Assembly: GCA_032718475.1 (NCBI GenBank)
Contig: JAUCBJ010002426.1
Span: 1,617-65,616, forward strand
Length of the DNA stretch: 64,000 bases
Direction: 5' to 3'
From: Nemertoderma westbladi
Lineage: Eukaryota; Animalia; Xenacoelomorpha
Positions 46,267 through 59,957 of the stretch are shown one piece after another. The notes beneath the pieces are model-generated. The model made no database searches, was not told the DNA's origin, and saw nothing but the letters and a program-made list of their open reading frames with translations. Each line of letters begins with the position of its first letter. The first letter of the stretch is position 1. The position numbers were made by a program, and so were the translations under genes.

Positions 46267-48431
46267 AGAATTGTTGGCTTCTCTCTCTCCAGTAGGGGGT
46301 GAGACAGGCAGCCAGTCAGGAGATAACTGACGCCTGTGAGGCCGATTGTGTCCGGTAATCCCCGGACCTCCGCATTACTAATGTAATCCATAGTGGGGGG
46401 TTGGAGGGTGCTTTTTGCCGAGTCAGGTCTCGGGGCAAATACCACACCCTGGTTTGCCGTTCCACAGGGTGGGTGTCGCAGTGGAGTCAGATAAGAGGCC
46501 CATCACCCATATCTACTCTGGCGCACATGACCCACCATTGGCTGTGCAGCTCATCTGCTGGGTCATGCCCTGTACCCCTGCTGCCAGGTGCAGGTCGCAG
46601 TGAAGTGTACTCAGAGTGGACATGAGAACACTCTACTCCTGACCAGCCATTGGTAGATCACCATCTGCCTGGCCAGGCCATATACTCCTGCAGCCAAGTA
46701 TATGGGTCCTTAATCCAGGACCAACGGCGTCCTTATCCCAGAACGATGGGGGTCCTAGTTACAGGACCAGATTTGCCCTAGTAAGAGGGTCTATGAAGCT
46801 ACAGGTGGCACCTCCTTTATGCTGCATGGAGGTGGCAGGTTTTCTTGATCAATGACCTAGAATACCTGACCTGACCACTGTTGTCGGATTGTACGAGTCG
46901 AGGATATGTACAGTAGTAGACCCCAGAGGTATAGTGTCATAAATAAGAATGGTTGGTTTGACTTAGGATGTGTATTAATGTTCTGATATTCTCTAGTTAA
47001 CTACTGTACTACCTCACCAATAGAGTTATTGTAAGTACGTTGAGAATAACGTTAACACCAATAATGATAATCTAACATCCTCTCTCTATATTACATTATC
47101 ATTATTGGTGTATAAAATTACCTGTTTGTTTCGGCTAAGATAATGAAACATTTTAATAACAGTCAAAAAGTTATGACAATAATGATGGAATTGTCAATAA
47201 AATTGATGCCCTGGCTATACTGTACGCTTGGTTCTGGTACACTGGATGCTGACTAGTAAGGGAAATATTTAAAAGTAATATTTATAAAATTATTACACTC
47301 CGTATCATAAAAATTTGACAAAATAAGAAAGGAACGACAGTAACCGAATGGTCAGCTAGAAATCCAATATTGTCATTGATGAATCGGAGATGATTCAGCA
47401 GTCATTGTTAAAATCTGATGTATAATAATGCTAAGTTAACGTTAATAATAAAATTAACGTTAAATCAACGTTAAAAAATGTGGTATTGTCAGATTTTTGT
47501 AAATTGTTGTTGGAGTATAATTACTGTAAAAAATTTACGTTAAAAATTAACATTAAAGAAAAGTTAAAAAATATGGTATTGTCTGAAAAAAAATAACGTT
47601 AAATAATTACATAATTCTAACGTATTTTAACGTCGGTTTATGGTTAAATACAAACTGTCAATTTTTAACGAATGCCTGACATAAACACAACGTTAGATTA
47701 ACGTTGGTGCATGACCTACTATAGATACGACCCGCCAAGCCGCTGCAAAGCCCCTAAATTTAGTGTGCCAGTTATTTCTCTTAGATAAAACCCCTGAAAC
47801 AATAGGTCTAGCACGTCGAAAGTACTTGTCCCTAACTAAAATTATGTCCTCCTTCAGATGAGACAAATAAAAATTTAATAGCTCCAGTAGTCTTCGAGAT
47901 ATGAGGAGTTCCTGGCACCCATACCATATCACCACTTTTCGGAAATGATAAAATTACTCCAAATACAAGCATCACCCTTCAAGACTTCGGTATATCATTA
48001 AACCATATGATGCTTTTTTGGTTAGTCGAATTAATTATTAGTAATCGAAAGCGAAATTAGAATAAAATCTTCATTGTTTATTTTATAATAGACACTAAAA
48101 GAGCACCAAAATTACAAGTAGCTCGAAATTTTCAAATAGCCAAAAGTGGTAATTTGGCCGTATAGTTTGGCTTCTGAGGTTTTATAATGTGCTGATTTTC
48201 ATTGGCAAGGTTTATAAAATTGAGGTATTTTCAAAAATGAAGGAGAGTAAAATTAGTTATTTATCTGATGTAGAGATGAAGCTACTGCTAGACTTGGGGT
48301 TGGAGAGTCCGGTTATTCTTTAAGAATCATCATGCTAGGTTTATTCTTCTGCCTAAACCAGCGGGACTCCTATCTGAACTCCCCCGAAGACATATCGGCC
48401 CTTTCGGAGGATCTCAAGTAAGACAATATGC

Positions 48432-49160
48432 GTGGCCACCTTAACAGTGTTCGTTCTTACTATCTTGAATTTAATAGACAATTTTAATGTTACAAAATTA
48501 ATTAACAAATTTAATAGTTGCTCGGTGGGCAGCAGAAAACGGTTTACAAGTAAACCTTACGAAAACCAAGATTATGAAATTTCGCCGTGGTGGACGTTTA
48601 TGTACTACCTTAAGAAAGTATGTTGTCTACACAAATCTACCTCAAATCGTCTCGTCACAGCTATCTGCAACGAAAACACCTTGATATCTGAATTTGTTCA
48701 GCTCCTAAATCTACCTCACACACCCGTATACAAGCAATACCTGATTCTCATAAACGGAAAAATACAAGAGATTAATCCCCAATTTTGGAACTCACTGGCA
48801 TTTACAAACCCCAGATGGCAGGACCCAAACTACACCAACCGACATATAATAACCCGCTTCAGCACTAACGGCTTCCACTACAAGATTTGCACTAACTCGA
48901 GTTACCATGAGGCGCAAGACAGCTGTATATGTTCACTGTGCGGGGGGGGCGGCCACATTATACCATCTGCTCGAATGCCCTGCAAATCTCCGACCTTTGT
49001 GTTCCTGGGCAAGGTCCTAACTCTTCAAATAATTTTACCGTTTATTTATTTATTAAAGTAATTATGTTTTTATTGTAAATTTGAATTTGATCTAATTTTA
49101 ATTAATGACCATATCGCCTATTTGCCAGTATTTGGCGTAATAATAAATAATAAATAAATT
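48432..49160 (+). mobile_element. Probable 5'-truncated LINE 3' end
   Basis: Degenerate ORF ending in CICSLC..H, followed by a (TAAA/TAA)n tail near 49138-49160. Confidence 0.4.
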
Positions 49161-49519
49161 ATTATTACAATAAATAATAAATAGACAAAGGTGATTGATA
49201 CATAATAGATATGCTGAGGTAAATTAATAATATTACGACTTCAATATAATGATATTAATTGATATTGAGATGATATTGAGAACTGATATTATTTAGGGAA
49301 ATTATTATTAACTATCCTGGAATATAGTGTCGATTCATGATTTGAGGAAGTGATACTTTATTTTACTCTACTCTACTCTACTATGTGTTTATGTGTTTGA
49401 TGCGGAATTAAGAGATTCATATTCAGTCGGGGATATTTATCCTGAGTTACCGGTACGTTTAACACTACCGGTATCTGCTATCTGGCCCGGGCTATATTAC
49501 TACAGAACTTAATTGGCCC

Positions 49520-50530
49520 GTGGGGGGGAGGGGGGTGGATACTTTATAAATTTTTTATATCTTGGCTCAAAAATTACAATTTTGATGGTATAAGGGATTT
49601 CGAGGACGCTGATCACGATAAAACAGGTCAAACTTTCTGGAAAATTTAAATTTTCTGGCAATGCATCAATCATTTTTGGTGCTAGTTTGGACCACCAGGA
49701 CGAAAAGTAAAAGTAAACAACTGTCAAACTAAAAACTTTTGTGTTTGGTTTGATAATTCTAAACGTATACGGGTTTTCGAGGTAGCTGATCGCGATGAAA
49801 GTGGTTATAAATATTTCTGGTATGTGCAAATCCAATTTTGGTGCCATTTTGGTGCTCCAAAACGAAAAGTACAATAGTAAAAATTTGAAACTGTTAAATT
49901 TTGCCTTTTGTTTGGCCTATACTGGTTTTCAAAGCCGCTGATAACGATACAACTCGTTAAAAATAGTTCGTGGTAACGAAATTATTGTTTTTCGTGTTTG
50001 TCTGGTGGGACGAAAAATGCAAGTAGCATAAAATTTCAAAGGGAAAAAATCAAATTCGGTTGGATGGATAATACGATATTTATGAGTGTCATATTCGTGA
50101 TCAGCATCCCAAAAAAACCCCAAATGTTATAAAATCAGGTTGATTTGGTAATTATTTTTCATTATTAAATTTGTGCTACTTGTATTTTTCGTGCCGCACA
50201 TTGACGCGTATCTAAAAAAAAGCCGTAATCAACAAGGTACGATATTTTTCAGTGTCATATTCGTGATCAGCATCCCAAAAAACCCCAAATGTTAGAAAAT
50301 CAGGTTGATCTGGTAATGATTTTTCATTATGAAATTTGTGCTACTTGTATTTTTCGTGCTGCACATTTACACGTATCCAAAAAGCCGTAATCAACAAGGT
50401 GCGATATTTTCAAATGTCATATTCGTGATCAGCATCCCCAAAAAAACCACATGGTCATAAAATCAATTTGTTTTCGTGGTGATTTTTTATTATCATATTT
50501 CCACTACTTGTTTTTTTCGCGCTCCAGGGG
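49520..50530. repeat. AT-rich repeat with three ~165-bp internal tandem units
   Basis: tgtcatattcgtgatcagcatccc recurs near 50086, 50253 and 50415. Confidence 0.7.
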
Positions 50531-51039
50531 CACAAATAACTGACTAATAACTAATATAACAACATGCCTTGCCTATGCTGTTATATTACACAACTCTTCG
50601 ATATGTTTGATGTTGAGGAATAAACCTTCCCAATGAAATCATCACATTCTAAAACCTCAGTAGCCAAACTGTATGGCCAATTTACCACGTTTGAAAAAAG
50701 TGATACTTGCACTTTTGGTGCTCTTTTAGTTTATATTGATAAAAAAATGAAAATTTTGCTTCTAATCTTACTTTCGATTACTAATAATGAATTCAACAAA
50801 ACAAAAAAGCTTAGAATGGTTTCATGGTTATACCAAAGAGTCTTTGAAGGGTGATGTATTTTGTGTAATTTTATCAATTCCGAAAGGTTCCGAAATGGTA
50901 TGGGTGTCAGGAACTCCTCATACAGTATCTCGAAAACTACTGGAGCTATTAACTTTTTAAAAAGTTGAAACGGATATATTTCAATGTATGGGAAATAAGT
51001 ATTTAATAATAATTGATTATATTTCCCGCAATGCTTAAA

Positions 51040-52133
51040 AATATACAAGAAAAGACAGTCGTGGCAGCAATGCAGAGTGCATTTGCTAGACATGGAATTC
51101 CAGAAGTTGTTGTTTCCGATAATGGGTCCCAATATTATACGTCGTGCTCATTTGACAAATTTGCTAGGCAGTATGGGTTCTACCACTCTACATCGTCTCC
51201 AAAGTACGCTCAGGCAAATGGAGCAGAACGTTCAGTAGAAACAGTTAAGAACATATTAAGAAGGTCACACGAGCAGGATGTTAATTTAGCACTTATGTCA
51301 TATTGGTCAACTCCTTCGGCAAATGGATATAGCCCAGCAGCACTCATGTTTGGGAGGCAAATAAGAACTACATACATTGCCGCAGATTCCCAGTACTTCA
51401 ACTGTTGATCATCAGAAGCTTCAACGTTACGAATTAGAGAATAGAATCAATAGCAAAATTAATTACGATCGTCGTCATGGGTGTAAGGAAGAGAAACTTG
51501 TTAAGGAAGGAGATAAAGTGTGGATAAATGATAAGGGTGAATACAATACGGTGTAGTAATGAAAGAAGCAGTTACACCACGGTCACTTCTCGTGATGACA
51601 CACAGATGATGGTAGATCATTCCGTCGAAATCAGCGCCATATCGTTGTAGTTCCACCAAATCTTACAGGAAGAGGAGACATAGTTAGCGATCATGAGGGA
51701 CATCATTCTGATGAATGTTCACTAGGATCAGAGAGAGCACAGGGGAGTGGGAACAGATAAGAGAGTAATGATGGTGAACATGAACATACTACAGTACTAG
51801 ATCGGGGCGAGTTTCGAGAAAGCCAAATAGACTCGGTTATTAAATAAACATTTATGTCATAGAGAGATGTAGTGTTATTTGATTTATTGATTAGGACTAG
51901 ACTTGTATTACATGCATGCGGTGAAAGGGAGATGTAGTGTTATTTAATTGATTGTAACTTATTAGTAGGTGCTGTATAATACTTATTGTACGATAGCGAT
52001 AATATGCATATGGACTAACAGCTGTCATTTATACTGGTGAAGGGATGCTATCTATATATGGTAACGACAATGTAAATAGATCAGCTCATTATTATTTATT
52101 AGCTAAATAACATTGTTTTATACCAACATAACA
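51040..52133 (+). mobile_element. Degenerate Gypsy integrase 3' end with PPT and probable short LTR
   Basis: Motifs GIPEVVVSDNGSQY, SSPKYAQANG, SPAALMFGRQIRT and terminal TRSGRVSRKPNRL. PPT AAAGGGAGA is followed by TGTAG... (51933) to ...AACA (52133). Confidence 0.75.
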
Positions 52134-52499
52134 GAAACTATGACGGACGGAACAATTATTCCAAGTTAATCCAATGACGGATGGAATAATTATTCGGATG
52201 ATAGAAGAAATTATTCCAACGGACGAGGAAATAGTTACAACGATAGGAGAAGTTACTCAAATAATAGACGACAGTAGATGAGATAACGTAGGTAGTAACA
52301 ATTTTTCTAACCAAGAAAATTACAGAGACAAAAATAGAGATGATAATAAATGGATACAGAGTACGACAGCCGGAAGTTAATAAATGGGAGAAGTAAACCA
52401 GACGATGAACCGAAATACAAGAGTCAAAGGCGGGGTAACAAGAGTGGGTACATGTATGTCGGCAACAAAGATACGTATATAATTAAAAATAGTACCAGT

Positions 52500-52780
52500 A
52501 TTGGTGACATCTGAAACCAATAAGAGAGGATATTACTACATTCACACTACTGGATGAAGGAGCGTCATCGACATTGATTTTGGAGAGGATATATAGGAGG
52601 GTTAAACAGGAAGGAGACGATTTTATAATGAACTTAACGATGGTAGGAAACCAGATAGAGAAAGTACAATCTAAGCTGGTGGACGTTACTATCTCGGAAG
52701 TAGAGGGCAGAGGTAAATTCAGCATAGAGGCAAAGAAAACAGCCACAATGGACCAACTGGGAATAAGTAAAGCTCACAGC
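52500..52780 (+). pseudogene. Retroelement aspartic protease relic
   Basis: TFTLLDEGASSTLI in frame with ORF 52574-52840. Confidence 0.5.
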
Positions 52781-53480
52781 CAATCAAGTTTGTTTAAAGT
52801 CGTTCGAACGAGTTTGCAAAAGTCGGGGAAACAAACTTGATTGGGTGTTTGTTGGTATAGAAAGCACTCCAGCCAATTATATTTGTTTCCCCGAGTGTTG
52901 TAAGTCGACCGAACGTGTTTACAAAATTTGGGGGAACAAAAAAAGATTACAAAAATTGGCCGCTCCGGGGCCACCATAGTAAATCCTATATATAATTTAT
53001 CGCAGTATTAACAGGAGAAGAAACTGATAGTACAGTAGCAGCGGGGGTACAACGGACTAGCTACCCGCGCCGGTACATTAGTTACTGCCGACGGGACGTT
53101 AAATATAGGAGAGTAATGATCCTCGCGTACATGGGACAACGACTGCGTTACTATTTTATTTGTTTAGAGTAACGCAGAACTACGGCTAATTTACAGCCAC
53201 AAGTAAACACAAGTTTTTTAGAGCCAAGGGGAAAATTAATTTCAGAGAGGGGAGATAGTAACTATTTAAAGTTACGGGAAGAATTAATTGACATCTGATG
53301 ATTAATATGGCTAACATAGTACGTTAGCGAGAGTTGAATCAAAGTGAATTCAACTGCAAGACTAAATTATATTAAGCAATAAATAAAAAAATTATTTGAA
53401 CAGAAGTTGATTTAATGATAAAGGACATTTTATGTATGTAGGCCTACACCTATACTGCAGTGAATGAATGCTTACATAGG

Positions 53481-53781
53481 GCCGATGTTAGGACAATTGC
53501 GACCCGGACAATTGCGACCCATGATTTTGGGAAAATGTCTGGGTCGCAATTGACCGGGTCGCAATTGACCGGGTCGCAATTGTCCGGGTCGCAATTGTCC
53601 GGATACAGCTAAAAAGATGTAATGTATATCATTGACAAATATCATTGTATCATTGTATATCACTGACAATTGCGACCCATAATTTTTATTTAAAAACATG
53701 GGTCGCAATTGACCGGGTCGCAATTGTCCGGGTCGCAATTGTCCGGGTCGCAAATGTCCGGGTCGCAATTGTCCGGGCTCC
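53481..53781. mobile_element. MITE with 15-bp subterminal repeats (ccgggtcgcaattgt)
   Basis: Repeats occur in inverted orientation at the two ends. CATAGG flanks both sides (53475-53480, 53782-53787). Confidence 0.7.
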
Positions 53782-53839
53782 CATAGGACCAATGATAATA
53801 TGTTTGGAGACAGATTAATTATGGTAAATTGCCAAGAAC

Positions 53840-56800
53840 GTCCTGGAATATAGTGTCGTTATTCAGGCACTATTTGTATCCACCCCCCCCCCCCCCAAAA
53901 AAAAAAAATTTTTACAAATCTAAATGAGATTGCATGACATTTGAAACAGAGATAATTTCACCTCCCTCCCCTCCTCCTTGCTGGGTGAGCCAGAATTTTT
54001 ATTTTCGCTTTCATTATTTAGCTACAAGCGTTTGAAAAAGGTATCTCCGTCGATATTGCACCAGTTACACCGCAGTTATTCTTCAAACATTTAGTGATTT
54101 GTTAGTACTAGTGGAAACCTGACCGTGCAAGGATTCCAAATATGTAAAAATATTTGAATTTGGTTGGGGAATAGCTGAGATCCACGAATCTAAGGAAAAT
54201 CAACTACTTTCGCTAAGAAAGATTTTCCTTAGCTGAGATGGTCTATTCATAGTGGGCTATTTTACTTGTATGGGGCAGATTTGGGGTTTTTTGGTCGGGG
54301 AAAAAACTAGCCTTTAAAAGTACCCTGAAATTTTGCATGTATGTACTACTCATTGAGGCGCGTCGTGTGGGATGGGTCTCATATTCAGGAAAAATCTGGT
54401 TTCCATGGCAACGGACTTAGAAAAAAGTCTATGTATTTCAAGTCAATATTTATAACTCTATTTGTAGAAAAACTATAATACATATAAACTTGGGATTTCT
54501 CAACTCAACTATAAGGTCCATAGCAGAGCCGATTGAGGTTCAATAGAAAATTCAGTTGCCTTGGCAACCGGGCTAGACAGATGTTAAAATTTACAAAATG
54601 TTAATTTGAAGCCTAAGGAGAAGGTGTTATGTCTTGGGACCAACCCCTACCCCCACTATATGACTTATTCTGCGTCCGAATTTCATTGTTTAATTTTGCA
54701 GTTACCATGACAACCGCTGAAAACAGAAGTTTTTATACAAATATAACTCATTTGGACATAGACTTCGCGATAAAATTTTACGAAATTGGATATGTGTTAT
54801 CTGGACCACTAGTTGGAACTTTTAGTGAAACCTAAAACATTCCAGAAATATCTTGTTACCATGGTAACTGGAGTTTATTAAAGTCGATATCATTCAAGTC
54901 TAAATTCAATACTCTATTTACAGCAAAATAATGTAATAAATATAAATTTGGGGTTTTGCAACTCATCTGTAAGGTCCATATACAATCCATTCGAGGTTAA
55001 TTACACAATCCAGTTACCATAGCAACAAGACTAAACAGATGTTAAAATTTATAAAATGATAATTTGAAGCACAAGTTAATAGTATAATGACTTGGGACCA
55101 ACACCTACCCCCACTATACGACTTATTCTGCATCCGAATTACATTGTTCTATTTTCAGTTTCCATGACAACCACTGCAAACAGATGCATTTTGTGCATTT
55201 TTTGACCAAACTTCTCAATCTTAATAAACCTATGACATACCACATATTTAATTAACAAGTTTGGTTTAATTTCATTATTGATTGATTGACTTATTTCGGA
55301 TAAAATTATCAAAAGTCTGATACTACTGGTACAGACTGACAGTGTCTAATTTTTGACCAAACTTATTATTATTATTATTATTTAATATTAATAATAATAA
55401 TTTAATATTAACTTATTATTATATTTAACGAGTTTGGTTTAATTTCATCAAGGAATGGCCGAGTTATTAGCGATCAAAAATTAGACGATGACATACAATT
55501 CATCGTCCCTTTGCTAAGGCTTCGCACAATTCGTTGCTCGGCCCACATTATTTCTTATTAAACAGCAATATGACTAGTGAGCAAGGCAATAGTTGTTGCC
55601 ACTACGACTTGCGTTAAGCAGTCAGTGGCAGGAATACAATTCCTTTCTAAAATGAGTGATCTTGGAGCCATTATGCGAAATTAACTATTTAACATATATA
55701 ACTATATAACAATTTGGTTTGTTGCTTAGTCTAGTCTAGTAGCATTTGCCAATAAATAACTTACTGTATTTCCATGGGAATATAAGTTATTTATTGGCAA
55801 ATGCTACTAGACTAGACTAAGCAACAAACCAAATTGTGGCCCTTTGTTTAATTTTCCTTAGCTTCGTGGTTGCATTTCCTTTAGGAAATGCCTTTCTAGT
55901 ATGGGCATTCGAATTTTACATGTATTTGCTTCCGCTGCAGGCCATTTATTCTATTATTAAATACACAACGTTCTAGAACATTTTGTTTATCTCATAAGTA
56001 GCTTGGCACCAATGCAATGCCTACATGATCCACGAAGCTAAGGAAAATCAACTACTTTCGCTAAGAAAGATTTTCCTTAGCTGAGATGGTCTATTCATAG
56101 TGGGCTATTTTACTTGTATGGAGCAGATTTAGTGTTTTTTGGTCGGGGAAAAAACTAGCCTTTAAAAGTACCCTGAAATTTTGCATGTATATACTACTCA
56201 TCAAGGCGCGTCGTGTGGGATGGGTCTCATATCCAGGAAAAATCTGGTTTCCATGGCAACGGACTTAGAAAAAAGTCTATGTATTTCAAGTCAATATTTG
56301 TAACTCTATTTGTAGAAAAACTATAATAGATATAAACTTGGGGTTCCTCAATTCAACTATAAGGTCCATAGCTGAGCCGATTGAGGTTAAATAGAAAATC
56401 CAGTTACCTTGGCAACCGGGCTAAACAGATGTTAAAATTTATAAAATGTTAATTTGAAGCCTAAGGTTAAGGTGTTATGTCTTGGGACCAACCCCTACCC
56501 CCACTATATGACTTATTCTGCGTCCGAATTTCATTGTTTAATTTTGCAGTTACCATGACAACCGCTGAAAACAGATGTTTTTATACAAAAATAACTCATT
56601 TGGACATAGACTTCGCGATAAAATTTTACGAAACTGGGAATGTGTTATCTGGACCATTAGTTGGAACTTTTAGTGAAACTGAAAACGTTCCAGAAATATC
56701 TTGTTACCATGGTACCTGGAGTTTATTAAAGTCTATATCATTCAAGTCTAAATTCAATACTCTATTTGTAGCAAAATAATGTAATAAATATAAATTTGGG

Positions 56801-57880
56801 GTTTTGCAACTCATCTGTAAGGTCCATATACAATCCATTCGAGGTTAATTACACAATCCAATTACCATAGCAACAAGACTAAACAGATGTTAAAATTTCT
56901 AAAATGATAATTTTAAACACAAGTTAATAGTATTATGACTTGGGACCAAGACCTACCCCCACTATATGACTTATTCTGCATCCGAATTACATTGTTCTAT
57001 TTTTCAGTTTCCATGACAACCACTGCAAACAGATGCATTTTGATAGAAAATCGGTAATTTGGGCATAAACTACAATAATTTCTGAAACTCGGTATATGTG
57101 TCATCTGAACCACAATCTGGACTGAATCTTTTTTCAAAGGTAAAACCAACAGTTCCAGAGAATTCTAGTTTCCATGGGAATATAAGTTATTTATTGGCAA
57201 ATGCTACTAAACTAGGCTAAGCAACAAACCAAATTGTGGCCCTTTGTTTAATTTTCCTTAGCTTCGTGGTTGCATTTCCTTTAGGAAATGCCTTTCTAGT
57301 AATACAATATAGTATCATGAAACTAAATCAATTAGCACAATAATTAATTAGTAAGGACGCCAGACAATAACATTTCACCAAAGTTCCACTCAACAGTTTC
57401 TCCACCGCCGTTCACCGCCGCTCACCACCGCCGTTCTACATGATAATACTAGTATATGGATATTCATACATAATCAAAATGTTCTAGAACATTGTGTATT
57501 TATTAATAGAATAAATGGCCTGCAGCGGAAGCAAATACATGCAAAATTCGAATGCCCATATCTCAGCTATTTCCCAACCAAATTCAAATATTTTTACACA
57601 TTTGGAATCCTTGCACGGTCAGCTTTCCACTAGTACCAACAAATCACTAAATGTTTGAAGAATAACTGCGGTGTAACTGGTGCAATATCGACGGAGACAC
57701 CTTTTTCAAACGCTTGTAGCTAAAGAATGAAAGCGAAAATAAAAATTCTGGCTCACCCAGCAAGTAGGAGGGAGGTGAAACTGATCTCTGTTTCAAATTT
57801 CATGCAATCTCATTAAGATTTGTAGAAAAATTTTGGGGGGGGGGGGCAGGTACCTGAATATCGACACTATATTCCAGGAC
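53840..57880. mobile_element. Foldback/composite non-coding element
   Basis: 53840-54180 is the inverted copy of about 57561-57880. Internal direct duplication of about 54180-55195 at 56028-57040. 55-bp hairpin arms at 55709-55837. Confidence 0.7.
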
Positions 57881-58431
57881 ATGGTGTACAGTGTATTGAG
57901 TGAAGACAGCTTATGTTTCGATGGAGACAGCTGAGTGATTGTATGTGTGTTAAATAACGCAATAATTTTTATTGTCCGTTTAAATCCTTTTTTTGTCCTT
58001 TTTTTTTTATTTTTTATGTCCTCCAAAAGTCTAATGTTAGGTTCCATGCTACCGGTTTCTCTACTGCTGTTCTCTCAGGCTATCAGTACCGGTATTAGTA
58101 TATATAGCACTATTTTGCTGTATTGTATGTACAGATGTAGGTATAAAGCAGGTATTTCTGTATTTTAGTACCGGCACCGGTACTGCTATAGGCCTACTGT
58201 GTAGCCTACCATTTAAATACGGTAATGGTAGGCCTACTGTGTAGCCTACCATTTAAATACGGTAATGGTAGGCCTACCGGTTGTGCTAATAAATTTTAAA
58301 TAATTGATAGGCCAAACTGGATTGCAGGATTGTGGAAAATGTGGATATACCTTTCACATAATTTAGGCCTATTACTGTATTAGTTTTATAATCAATAATG
58401 GATCATGACTACTGTCTGAGTAGTGTTACGG

Positions 58432-59360
58432 ATAACCTGCTCCATTCCCTGATTTGGTAAAGTGACTGTTTTGGTTTTGATTGCTTGATTGTTTTGGTTA
58501 GAAAATCCGGCCTTAACCTGCTCCTTTCCCTCAATTAGTTAAGTGATCGTTTATTGTTTTGGTTAGAAAATCCCGCCTCTGTAACCTGCTCCTTTCCCTC
58601 AATTGGTAATGTTATCGTTTATTGTTTTATTTAGAAAATCCTGCCTCTGTAACCTGCTCCTTTCTCTCAATTGGTAATGTTATCGTTTATTGTTTTGGTT
58701 AGAAAATCCCGTCTCTGTAACCTGCTCCTTTCCCTCAATTAGTTAAATGATCGTTTATTGTTTTGGTTAGAAAATCCCGCCTCTGTAACCTGCCCCTTTC
58801 CCTCAATTAGTTAAATGATCGTTTATTGTTTTGGTTAGAAAATCCCGCCTCTGTAACCTGCTCCCTTTCCCTGAATTGGTATAGTGACCGTTTATTGTTT
58901 TGGTTAGAAAGGCCCGCCTCTGTAACCTGCCCCTTTCCCTCAATTAGTTAAGTGATCGTTTATTGTTTTGGTTAGAAAATCCCGCCTCTGTAACCTGCTC
59001 CTTTCCCTCAATTAGTTAAGTGATCGTTTATTGTTTTGGTTAGAAAATTCCGCCTCTTTAACCTGTCCCTTTCCCTCAATTAGTTAAATGATCGTTTATT
59101 GTTTTGGTTAGAAAATCCCGCCTCTGTAACCTGCTCCTTTCCCTCAATAAGTTAAGTGATCGTTTATTGTTTTGGTTAGAAAATCCCGCCTCTGTAACCT
59201 GCTCCTTTCCCTCAATTAGTTAAGTGATCGTTTTGGTTAGAAAATCCCGTCTCTGTAACCTGCTCCTTACCCTGATTTGGTAAAGTGACTGTTTATTGTT
59301 TTGGTTAGAAAACTCGGCCTTAACCTGCTCCTTTCCATCAATTGGTAATTGTTTTGGCTA
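58432..59360. repeat. 68-bp minisatellite, about 13-14 copies
   Basis: Unit tgtaacctgctcctttccctcaattagttaagtgatcgtttattgttttggttagaaaatcccgcctc; period 58921 to 58989. Confidence 0.95.
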
Positions 59361-59957
59361 TAAAATGAGCTACGTCATGTGGTAATCGATTATCGACAAC
59401 AACCACAAACTATTAAATATAGAGTCTTTTTACCACAGGCGCATATGGAAATCTATCTCATAGTCTATAAATCATGGAATCATGGAATGTTTTGCCACAT
59501 GCATAGTGAAATCAACTGTCTGACAGTCCAGAAATCAGCAGTCTGACAGTTTGAAGAAATACATACATAAAAAGTCATTAAAAGGACAATAAAAGTCATT
59601 AAAAGGACAACAAAAGTCATTATGCATAATTCGTAAAAAAAAAATGACAAAAAAAGTCAAATAAAAGGACATAAAAAATCACTGCCGTTAAATAATATAA
59701 TAACAGCTGGAATTGTATACAATAGGATAGTTACGTTGGATATAATGTAGAGGATAGAAATATTAATACTAAATTAGGATTAGGATAGTACTGTAGGTGG
59801 TTAATGATTCGACTAAATTATTTAGGCCCTAGGTTTATAATAAACTTAATATTGAAACATAATATTATATTAGATACGCCCTATTGAGAGGTAATAGCAA
59901 CAGAAGAGCTCATTGATAAAGAGGGACGCCCTATAGAGCGGCATTAAAAGTCCAACA

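Larger units (their letters stand above)
23710..46877 (-). mobile_element. RTE-like non-LTR retrotransposon, defective, split by BEL-B
   Basis: APE endonuclease at 45094-46266 continues at 25266 across TSD GTCAT. RT remnants and RTE-type C-terminus present; (GTA)n-rich 3' tail at 23710-23870. Confidence 0.88.

Noticed and set aside
53472-53792. ORF with PGQLR repeats
   Set aside because: It is a translation of the 15-bp MITE repeats.
54629-56779. Duplicated 'MSWDQPLPP' ORFs
   Set aside because: They lie inside a duplicated non-coding repeat and have inconsistent stops.
58432-59360. CRISPR-like regular array
   Set aside because: Units are contiguous with no unique spacers, there are no cas genes, and the context is eukaryotic. 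It is a minisatellite.
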